Positions 56,651 to 64,000 of a stretch of 64,000 nt of DNA are shown one piece after another. A program made the position numbers and the translations under genes. The notes under the pieces are model-generated. The model was not told the DNA's origin and did not search any database. It was given only the letters and a program-made list of their open reading frames with translations. Each line of letters opens with the position of its first letter. Within the stretch, counting starts at the first letter, position 1. The DNA comes from Candidatus Poribacteria bacterium (lineage in GTDB: Bacteria; Poribacteria; WGA-4E; WGA-3G): the NCBI GenBank assembly GCA_963664215.1, contig OY761015.1; one strand, given 5' to 3'.

Positions 56651-57053
56651 AGAGGGTTGCTGTTAGATTTCGTCTGCCACCGCTGTTTCGGAATTCGCAC
56701 AGGTATATCCCCTGCCACACGCCTAAATTGAGGCGGTGGTTGGTGATCGGAACGGAGACGGTGAAGCCGACAAGTGACGCTTTGATATGTGCTGGCATAT
56801 CGTCATCGCCTTCTATGGTGTGTTTATAGAACGGTTCACGCTCCTTGACGAGGCAGTCGAAGCTGTTGGCAAAATCTTCACGCACCGTCGGGTCGTCATT
56901 TTCGTTGATAGTCAATCCCGCAGAAGTGTGCTTGATGAACAGGTGCAGGATACCTTCTTTCGGCAATTCACCGAGCGGTTTCATAATTTCATCTGTGACA
57001 AGGTGAAAACCGCGCGGGTATTCAGGTAAAGTTATTTCGATCTGTTGTATCAA
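56643..57053 (-). CDS. yjbQ: YjbQ/UPF0047 family protein (secondary thiamine-phosphate synthase-like)
   Basis: Family hallmark MIQQIEITLPEYPRGFHLVTDEI. Apparent TTG start preceded by GGAGAAAAA; no in-frame ATG upstream before a stop. Confidence 0.8.
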   Translation of the reverse strand: MIQQIEITLPEYPRGFHLVTDEIMKPLGELPKEGILHLFIKHTSAGLTINENDDPTVREDFANSFDCLVKEREPFYKHTIEGDDDMPAHIKASLVGFTVSVPITNHRLNLGVWQGIYLCEFRNSGGRRNLTATLYF

Positions 57054-57400
57054 TTTTTCTCCAAATTGTAGCCTGCAACACCGGCGCAGGCGGCTATACG
57101 TCGAATGACGTTATTTATCCAATGGACCTAACCGAACCGCAAGGAAAAATTAAAATCTGTTGTATCAATTTTTCTCCAAATTGTAGCCTGCAACACCGGC
57201 GCAGGCGGCTATACGTCGAATGATGTTATTTACCCAATGGACCTAACCGAACCGCAAGGAAAAATTAAAATCTGTTGTATCAATTTTTCTCCAAATTGTA
57301 GCCTGCAACACCGGCGCAGGCGGCTATACGTCGAATGACGTTATTTATCCAATGGACCTAACCGAACCGCAAGGAATAATTAAAAAAGGAATAATTAAAA
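57041..57400. repeat. 3 x 115-bp tandem repeat; each unit = yjbQ start region (antisense) + family-4 REP-like element
   Basis: Units start at 57041, 57156 and 57271, each beginning TCTGTTGTATCAATTTTTCTCCAAATTGTAGCCTGCAACACCGGCGCAGGCGGCTATACGTCGAATGACGTTATTTA.CCAATGGACCTAACCGAACCGCAAGGAA.AATTAAAA. The last unit runs into the ATG at 57401. Confidence 0.85.
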
Positions 57401-58195
57401 ATGGACATTATCTGTGCTTCTATCTGTTACCGTGGCTACGCCGAAGATGAGGTCGCCGCAACTTTGGAATACGCTCCACAGATCGGCTACCGATTAATGG
57501 AGATTCATGGACCCCTCATCTGGAGTGTGGATGCTGCGCACGCTTTTGACATAAACGATATGAAGGCAAAGATTGATGCCTCCGGCATGAAATGTGCTGG
57601 ACTCTATCCCCCCGGATGGGGAGGACAGGACACTGCCGATGTTGACACACGCGCAGGTGCGATCGCGAGGTGTGTTGAAGTCGCCGAAGGACTTGGTGCG
57701 ACACACCTAACAACAAGTGGCGCACAACCGAGAACAGAACCCGGTGCCTTGGACAGAGTTACCTCCTGTGTAAGCGAGGTCTTGCAGCGTATGCCAACAG
57801 AGAGTCAGATCAAGTTGACGCTGGAGCCACACCACCGGAACGTCCTTGAACAACCAGAGGATTTCCAAACGATTTTAGACGCTATTCCCGATGAACGAGT
57901 CGGGGTCTGCATAGATACAGGGCATTTCCACTCGTCAGGCGTTGATACGCTCGCTGCGATTCGCCAATTCGGTTCCCGTATCTATGCCGTGCATCTCAAG
58001 GACCATCTCGGTACTGTATCTGTCGGCATTGGGCGCGGTGAACTCAAGCTCAAGCAGATTATCGAAACGCTCCAAGAAATCGACTACCAAGGCGACCTAA
58101 CATTGGAGTTGGAAGTCGAAGATCCAGAAAATCTGCCGCGTTATACTGAGGAAGCGTATTTCTATCTCAGTGGGATGCTCGGTCTACCGCTATAG
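57401..58195 (+). CDS. sugar phosphate isomerase/epimerase (xylose isomerase-like TIM barrel)
   Basis: 264 aa, conserved LEPH / DTGH metal-binding motifs of the family. Confidence 0.75.
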   Translation: MDIICASICYRGYAEDEVAATLEYAPQIGYRLMEIHGPLIWSVDAAHAFDINDMKAKIDASGMKCAGLYPPGWGGQDTADVDTRAGAIARCVEVAEGLGATHLTTSGAQPRTEPGALDRVTSCVSEVLQRMPTESQIKLTLEPHHRNVLEQPEDFQTILDAIPDERVGVCIDTGHFHSSGVDTLAAIRQFGSRIYAVHLKDHLGTVSVGIGRGELKLKQIIETLQEIDYQGDLTLELEVEDPENLPRYTEEAYFYLSGMLGLPL

Positions 58196-59410
58196 TTTCC
58201 ACGTTTTAATGAAATCTGCGACACCGAAATTGGCAGGCATTTCATTGAAATAGTAATGCATTGGACCGGATTGGAAACCGGGTAGATACAATTCTTCATC
58301 GGTTTTAAGGAGCGCGTCGAGTGGCTTAAAACGTTCCCAGAGTGTAGCCGCTTCCTCTTTCGTAAATCGTTCGGCGAAGGGGGGTCCCCAGTTAAGAGTG
58401 ATGGCGTGGAAACCCTTGCCACGATTCCGAAGTTCATCAGGGATCTCTGGAAGTTCATAGCCGTGTTCGATTGCCACGAAACAGGCGGCTTTACACAAAA
58501 AGACGGTTGAGAGCATCTGCCCCTTTTCACCTCTCCTCGGGTGTAGGTGGTCAAGTGCTGTGTGGTAGGCAGCGGCATCCTTTTCTATAGCGGCGCGGAG
58601 CGCATCTTCACACCATATCTGCATTTGATTACTGCGTTGATTCCACCGATCGAACCTCTCTCGCACATCCGGTGACAAATAGTCTATGTAATCAAGTGCT
58701 TGATAGTGCGTGTAGTTTGCGAACCCACCGTGAATCGTACGGCGCATCTTCCGACTATAGTTGCTTCCCCAATGCAAGATCGGCAAAATATAAACGACAC
58801 CATCGCCGGCGTTGAGGTGCGTCTGAACGGCACCGGGTAATGGCACCTTCGGATCTGCCAACAACAGTTCATTTTCTTCATCGGTGTTGACTCGGAGATG
58901 ACTACCCGGTAGCACCCACAACACGTTATCGTCGTAGAGTGAGAGATTCCACTGAACGTAGCGCGGTCCCGTCTCCACAATATCGTCAATGTAACCTTGT
59001 AATGGAGCAGTATCGATGGGATGATGGTCGCGATGCCAAGCCGCAGGTCCACAATCTTTGACTGGACTGCACATGAGCATCATCTCGGTAACGCCTGCAT
59101 CCTCCTCACCGACCAGTTCGCTGCTAACGCCTTGCATGTTTTCATGCGCCCAGATTTCAACAGCACTTGCCGTTTTTTCATCGACGAGCCCTGCGAGTGG
59201 ACTCCGTCCGAGCTGGAGACGAGGTTGTGGTGAAGACTCCCAAACGCCACCCGGTGGTTCGTGCGGCGCGCGTTCTCGCGCCCAGATTTCTCGCTGGCGC
59301 GAAACCATGAGTTCATAACTTTCCCGAAGCGTGTCCAGTTCTTCCGGCGGGACCACTTCCCGGAAAATGAGATACCCTTCTTCCATGAATTGGGTCCGAT
59401 TCACTTGCAT
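58190..59410 (-). CDS. phytanoyl-CoA dioxygenase (PhyH) family oxygenase (third paralog)
   Basis: AWHRDHHP HxD region and C-terminal His. 406 aa. Confidence 0.6.
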   Translation of the reverse strand: MQVNRTQFMEEGYLIFREVVPPEELDTLRESYELMVSRQREIWARERAPHEPPGGVWESSPQPRLQLGRSPLAGLVDEKTASAVEIWAHENMQGVSSELVGEEDAGVTEMMLMCSPVKDCGPAAWHRDHHPIDTAPLQGYIDDIVETGPRYVQWNLSLYDDNVLWVLPGSHLRVNTDEENELLLADPKVPLPGAVQTHLNAGDGVVYILPILHWGSNYSRKMRRTIHGGFANYTHYQALDYIDYLSPDVRERFDRWNQRSNQMQIWCEDALRAAIEKDAAAYHTALDHLHPRRGEKGQMLSTVFLCKAACFVAIEHGYELPEIPDELRNRGKGFHAITLNWGPPFAERFTKEEAATLWERFKPLDALLKTDEELYLPGFQSGPMHYYFNEMPANFGVADFIKTWKL

Positions 59411-59537
59411 GATAGCCTCCGACTGTACATTGTAATATCAAAAACCAAGCCCGTAGCGAAGTGGAGGGCGACTCGAACACGAAAAACGTTAAAGCACAAA
59501 CCCCGTCGTTTATCCGCGAGGAAAAAGTAAAAAAACG

Positions 59538-60269
59538 TTATCCACGTCCGATATAGAGTTGGCCGACCGGCAGGACAGTTGCTTCTAACATATTAATATG
59601 CGGTGGGAGCGTCGCCATGAGGACAGCGGCTTGCGCGAGATCGTCAACGTCCATCATCGGTTCCATAGGTTCCTGTGGACGGTTCTGATGGCGTTCTACG
59701 TAGGTGTTACCGGGTTGTAAGCAGCTCGCCGTAATGCCGTGCGGTCTGCCTTCGAGTGCTGTTACCTGTGTCAGTCCCCAGATACCGAATTTGCTGGCAC
59801 TGTAAGGGGCTGTGCGGGGACGGGCACGATGCGCAGAAATACTCCCAACGTTAATAATACGACCGCCTTCACCTTGCGCTTTCATGATTGCGAATGCCTC
59901 GCGAGAGCAGATAAACGGCGCACGGAGATTCACATTAATAACCCAATCCCAATCCTCCGTTGCAAGCTCACCGATGGGACCCCCATTGAATGCCCCGGCG
60001 TTATTTACGAGGATGTCCAAACGACCGTACGCATCCATCGATTTTTCAAAGAGTGCTTTAATCTGTTCCTCGTCCGTTACATCGGTCGGGACAGTCAACA
60101 CTTTTGTGCCGTTTGCCCGGAATTCGTTGGCGGTTTCTTCGAGAAGGTCCGCATCCCTGGCAGCGATTGTGAGCGTCGCACCCTCAGCGGCAAGCCCTCT
60201 CGCAATCCCTCTTCCGATGCCTCGGTTTCCACCGGTTACAATCGCAAATTTTCCATCTAATTGTCCCAT
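59538..60269 (-). CDS. SDR-family short-chain dehydrogenase/reductase
   Basis: TGGNRGIG cofactor motif, YSASK catalytic motif. Confidence 0.85.
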   Translation of the reverse strand: MGQLDGKFAIVTGGNRGIGRGIARGLAAEGATLTIAARDADLLEETANEFRANGTKVLTVPTDVTDEEQIKALFEKSMDAYGRLDILVNNAGAFNGGPIGELATEDWDWVINVNLRAPFICSREAFAIMKAQGEGGRIINVGSISAHRARPRTAPYSASKFGIWGLTQVTALEGRPHGITASCLQPGNTYVERHQNRPQEPMEPMMDVDDLAQAAVLMATLPPHINMLEATVLPVGQLYIGRG

Positions 60270-60292
60270 GATTAACTCCTTTGCTTTACTGT

Positions 60293-60982
60293 TTATGAAA
60301 ATAGTTCTGCCAATAGAGATTCCGTTCTAACGGCTTGCACCGTTTCGCCCGCGAGCCGCATCGCTGATATATGTGCATGCAGAAACGCCAAATCTTCAGC
60401 CGTATCTATATCATACCACGGTGGTAAGAGTCCGAAGGTCGCCTTTAACGAACGGATATGTGCCACTGTTTGTTGAAAAACATCTGCTGTGCTCCATGCG
60501 ATCTCTTCAAATACGAATGGCACGGTCATTGCTATGTTCGTTGCCGAAAAGCCGATGAGGTAATACCCACCGTCTGTACTCGGTCCAACGACGATATCCC
60601 GCGAGTCAAGCAGTGTAAATGCTTTTGAGATGTATGAAATCGGTAGTGTCGGGCTGTCCGACCCGACGAGTAAAATCTTTGTGTATCCGTGTTCTGCTGC
60701 CCACTGTGTCACTGCCGCGAGTCGTTCCCCAAGATCAGCACCAATTTGTGGGATGTAGATGGCATCGTTTCCGATTAAAACTTGTAAATCGAATCGTGCC
60801 TCTGCAGGTGTATAAGCGATGATGAGGCCCACATCGGGAAGTTTCGCGAGTGTGTCGCACCAATCTGTGAGAAACGCAGTGTATAGTGTCGCCGCTTGTT
60901 CCGATGAAAGAGTTGGGACGAGCCGCGTCTTAACCTGATTCGGCACTGGATTTTTAGCAAAAACAATGACACATGTCTTCAC
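60293..60982 (-). CDS. DUF2064/TIGR04282-family nucleotidyltransferase-like (glycosyltransferase-fold) protein
   Basis: VIVFAKNPVPNQVKTRL N-terminus typical of the family. Abuts the SDR gene. Confidence 0.7.
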   Translation of the reverse strand: MKTCVIVFAKNPVPNQVKTRLVPTLSSEQAATLYTAFLTDWCDTLAKLPDVGLIIAYTPAEARFDLQVLIGNDAIYIPQIGADLGERLAAVTQWAAEHGYTKILLVGSDSPTLPISYISKAFTLLDSRDIVVGPSTDGGYYLIGFSATNIAMTVPFVFEEIAWSTADVFQQTVAHIRSLKATFGLLPPWYDIDTAEDLAFLHAHISAMRLAGETVQAVRTESLLAELFS

Positions 60983-61027
60983 CGGTAAAATTCCTTATTT
61001 TTATCGTGAGTGGAGCGAGACTTTGTT

Positions 61028-61282
61028 TTACAGATGAAGTGCTTGACGGAGGCGCGTCCACAAACTACCTTCGTTCTGCTTTTGCGGTGGGTTTTCGCGC
61101 TTTTCTCGGAATTCAAGGTAGTGATCTAGCACATTTTCAAATGCCTCTTGTAGTTCCGCTTCAGTGTCCCCGTGGAAAGAGACGATGTCATCACCAATAT
61201 TGACTACATGGCCGACGTAGAGATCATCTTCGTCACTATAGATGATTTCAGCGGTATAGCCTCTATATGTCAGTGTGTTCAT
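61028..61282 (-). CDS. hicB: HicB-family antitoxin
   Basis: 84 aa, YRGYTAEIIYSDEDDLYVGHVVNI...FHGDTEAELQEAF matches HicB/UPF0150. Its start overlaps the hicA stop. Confidence 0.7.
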   Translation of the reverse strand: MNTLTYRGYTAEIIYSDEDDLYVGHVVNIGDDIVSFHGDTEAELQEAFENVLDHYLEFREKRENPPQKQNEGSLWTRLRQALHL

Positions 61283-61545
61283 AGTGTTATTCCTGCCCGT
61301 TTTAAAAAATCGCGTATGTCGCGTACCTGGTATCGATTTACCTCTTTTCGCGGATGAGGTCGGTGAAGCGTAGTCGTTTTCCCATTTAATTCAAAGGTTA
61401 CTGAGGATCCGCTTTTCTCATCTTTTACTGCTCCGAGTGCCATAAAAAGGGCTTCAATCCGCCGCCATTGCAACGTTGCCGGGGTTTGTGTGCTAAAAAT
61501 AGCCTCCAGCGTTCTTTGATGCTTTTTGCTTAGACGGACATTCAT
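61279..61545 (-). CDS. hicA: HicA-family toxin (mRNA interferase)
   Basis: 88 aa, GSSVTFELNGKTTTLHRPHPRKEV...IRDFLKRAGI matches the HicA consensus (GSH..f....vp.H...l....I....G). Confidence 0.6.
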   Translation of the reverse strand: MNVRLSKKHQRTLEAIFSTQTPATLQWRRIEALFMALGAVKDEKSGSSVTFELNGKTTTLHRPHPRKEVNRYQVRDIRDFLKRAGITL

Positions 61546-61632
61546 ACGCTAACCATGGGTATGCTTTGACCCTTAACTCTACCATATACCCGTTGAGGTG
61601 TCAACTTAAAAAATTCAGTTCACCTACGGTCC

Positions 61633-63636
61633 TTAATACCAAACCCGATAGACCGGTATCTCAAAAACCGCCCCCACTAAACTCCAGAACGTTCCTATCA
61701 GAAAATCGCCCAAAATCACGCCAACGAAGAACGGAGCCGCCTTCCGATAAAGTCGCAACCCCCCAAATTTGAGTAGGACCACTTTGATAATCCAACCGAC
61801 ACAGATCGCGCTCCAGACCCAAACCATGCCTGCGGATAAACCGAGGGCATAGCCCGTTGGATGGAAAGGGAACCAGATAAACTGCCTTCTCAGAAACATG
61901 AGTCCCAGCGTGAACAGCGAGGCGAACGCCGTGAAACTCAAGCCCGTGCTGTCTGTCGCGTGGGGTTGTTGTAGCCACGGCAGTAGCATACGTTCAAAGG
62001 TTTCAAAGCCGATGCCGATGATGTACCCTTCGGTTCGCACCGCACCGTGCTGATAGATGAGATGCAAATACGCCCAGAACGAAGCCGGAATAGCAACCAA
62101 TAGCGCGACGATCATAGCGATCGCCATCTTTTTCTGCGAAACGGGGGCGCGCTCCGCCATTTTAAACCCCTCTAATTGACTCGGCATTGGGTGCGAGACG
62201 TTATCGCGAACATACGGATATAGGAAAGAGAAAAGCGTCAAATTTGCCGCGCCGGTCCGTCGTGCGCCTAAAACCGATACGATCATCAGTTGTGGATGCG
62301 TCCAAATGACTTCATGATACGGGACACCGACCGCCGCCCTCGCGTATGTTATGGCGATGGACATGAGGAAGTAGAGGCTTAGAAATGCAAGGAGAATGCC
62401 AACGGACATGCCAGCATGTTGGAAGATGATAACGAGGATCGTGGTGCCTACAAAGATACCAATGAGCGCGGTGCGATATTGAAGTGGTTCGTTTCTGGCG
62501 GCAGCATCGCTATCGTTGGAAGGCTTAAAAGCTATCGTAAATACTGTTTTGAGGTGCTTACGACTCGTCCATAAAATTAGAATCGCGAGGGTCAACCATG
62601 CACCGATGCCTTGTTGATTGTAATAAGGGAAACCTTGCAACGATTTCCAGCCACCAATGCTTCCTATAATCAATTGAAATTTTGTAAACAGAAAAAAGAA
62701 CCAGACCGAAAACGAGAGCTCGAGCGGTACGAAGAAGGTCAGTGCGATAACCCAAGGGTAAAAGAACAGCGGTAACCATCCAATCGCGTTCCAAGGTTTC
62801 GTCGTAAAGAGTTTCGCCCCAAAATCGGGTATTTTCAGTGGCACGCCGGGCACAAACGGATAGAGAAAGTGGAATCCGTTGAGGAGTTCTATCGCCGCAC
62901 AGATGCTAAATCCAAGCCACAGCAATTTTCTTGAAAAAAAACGCGGGGTGGTCATCTCTATGGGGAGTTGTGCGACAGGATAACTGAGGCGTTCCCGTTC
63001 ACTCCACTGCAAACGCTGGATGCTGTTGAAACACATCAAAATGAAGAAGAGAACGGACGTGACAAACGACCAAAGTAGCACTGGACCTATCCACGCGAAC
63101 AGGTGTCTTGGCGTGTATAAGGTCGAGTTCCCTTCAAAGAAACCGGTGAGCGCGCCTTTATCTTGGACCGTGAACCAAGACGGAATGTACCTGTGAAAGA
63201 GCGTTGCGTATTCGTTTTCAAAGGTAGCGAACCAGAACGGATGCGCGAGGATTCCGAGAATGAAATCCATCGGGTTATGTCCAGAAACCACGCAGAGCAT
63301 GACCAACATCTGATAGACTAAGAGAAGTTGGGCACGACTCAAAGCGAGTTGTGAACGAATCCGCTTAAGTAACGCATTGATGAGCAGAAGAAAAAAGAGG
63401 TTGACGATTGGGGCGATAAACAGAGAGGCGTATGCAGGGTTCAGGGAGTGGTGAATACCGCTGACTAAGGCAATCCAATACGCATTGACGAGAATCAGGG
63501 CCACGCCAATGACGAGCGGTGGCAGGAGAGAGGTTGTTTCTACTCCGATTTTGGTTTGATGTCTTTTCTTTTTCACATGGTCGCCTTCCATGTATGGGTA
63601 GGATTCCCTTGTGTGAAACGGAGCTAACCCTCTCAA
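61633..63636 (-). CDS. large polytopic integral membrane protein of unknown function (at least 14 predicted TM segments)
   Basis: 667 aa, dominated by hydrophobic helices. No catalytic motif recognised. Confidence 0.5.
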   Translation of the reverse strand: MRGLAPFHTRESYPYMEGDHVKKKRHQTKIGVETTSLLPPLVIGVALILVNAYWIALVSGIHHSLNPAYASLFIAPIVNLFFLLLINALLKRIRSQLALSRAQLLLVYQMLVMLCVVSGHNPMDFILGILAHPFWFATFENEYATLFHRYIPSWFTVQDKGALTGFFEGNSTLYTPRHLFAWIGPVLLWSFVTSVLFFILMCFNSIQRLQWSERERLSYPVAQLPIEMTTPRFFSRKLLWLGFSICAAIELLNGFHFLYPFVPGVPLKIPDFGAKLFTTKPWNAIGWLPLFFYPWVIALTFFVPLELSFSVWFFFLFTKFQLIIGSIGGWKSLQGFPYYNQQGIGAWLTLAILILWTSRKHLKTVFTIAFKPSNDSDAAARNEPLQYRTALIGIFVGTTILVIIFQHAGMSVGILLAFLSLYFLMSIAITYARAAVGVPYHEVIWTHPQLMIVSVLGARRTGAANLTLFSFLYPYVRDNVSHPMPSQLEGFKMAERAPVSQKKMAIAMIVALLVAIPASFWAYLHLIYQHGAVRTEGYIIGIGFETFERMLLPWLQQPHATDSTGLSFTAFASLFTLGLMFLRRQFIWFPFHPTGYALGLSAGMVWVWSAICVGWIIKVVLLKFGGLRLYRKAAPFFVGVILGDFLIGTFWSLVGAVFEIPVYRVWY

Positions 63637-63660
63637 GTGTAGACAGCGAAGGTGTTATTT

Positions 63661-63912
63661 CTACAGGTGGAAAACTTCACGTAGGCGTGCCCAAAAACCA
63701 CCAGCATCATCCTTTTGCGGCGCGCTTTCTGGTGCCTCAAGGGTTTCGATGTAAAGTTCTACCATGTTTTCAAAAGCGTCACGCAATACTTCGTCGGTAT
63801 CGCCATGAAAACCAACAATGGCATCAATATTGATGATATGACCAACAAAGCAATCGTCCTCGTCGCTATAGATAATTTCCGCAGTATAGCCTTTGTAAGT
63901 CATTGTCTTCAT
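63661..63912 (-). CDS. hicB: HicB-family antitoxin, second copy without adjacent hicA
   Basis: 83 aa, about 70% identical to the first hicB (MKTMTYKGYTAEIIYSDEDDCFVGHIINI...). Upstream 88 nt to the window end carries a family-2 REP variant, not a hicA C-terminus. Confidence 0.7.
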   Translation of the reverse strand: MKTMTYKGYTAEIIYSDEDDCFVGHIINIDAIVGFHGDTDEVLRDAFENMVELYIETLEAPESAPQKDDAGGFWARLREVFHL

Positions 63913-63965
63913 GGTATTATTCCTATTTCAATTCTTATAATAAAGCCCGAAGATCCGTGGACACT

Positions 63966-64000
63966 TGTAGGAGCGAGCTGTGCTCGCGATCTTACTGACT
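63966..64000. repeat. family-2 REP-like variant TGTAGGAGCGAGCTGTGCTCGCGATCTTACTGACT (stem GCGAGC/GCTCGC)
   Basis: Conserved TGTAGGAG head and GACT tail with a different but still self-complementary stem. Confidence 0.7.

Overview
A ~64 kb bacterial chromosomal segment of roughly 50% GC with about 50 protein-coding genes and 2 tRNAs. Gene content suggests a PVC-like or other glycan-degrading lineage (Gfo/Idh/MocA, xylose-isomerase-like TIM barrels, DUF1080, PhyH paralogs, many TPR and PQQ proteins), but I cannot assign taxonomy from sequence alone. Recognisable housekeeping content, in window order: an RND efflux pump, glcD/glcE-like FAD oxidases, dsbD, dnaN, a tandem ABC exporter pair, an M16 (PreP-like) peptidase, a 2-oxoacid:ferredoxin oxidoreductase alpha/beta pair, threonine dehydratase, thiamine pyrophosphokinase, aroQ, and sbcDC. 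Accessory content: (i) a halogenase / PaaK-like ligase / HemN-like radical SAM / PQQ beta-propeller / Fe-ADH cluster into which a brnT(pseudo)-brnA toxin-antitoxin pair is inserted directly upstream of the halogenase; (ii) a lower-GC FRG-domain + TPR module next to a ~1.25 kb repeat-dense region; (iii) a PhyH x3, Gfo/Idh/MocA x2, TIM-barrel x2, SDR, DUF2064 region; (iv) a hicAB pair plus a solo hicB flanking a large unknown membrane protein; (v) a PorX-like REC-PglZ orphan response regulator. The most striking property of the window is the density of small structured interspersed repeats, in at least five families. Three of them have the REP-like architecture of a 5' GTAG followed by a hairpin, and the stems differ between copies by compensatory changes. 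One family forms a 3 x 115 bp tandem array that duplicates the 5' end of yjbQ. No CRISPR array, rRNA, integrase or transposase gene is visible in the window.
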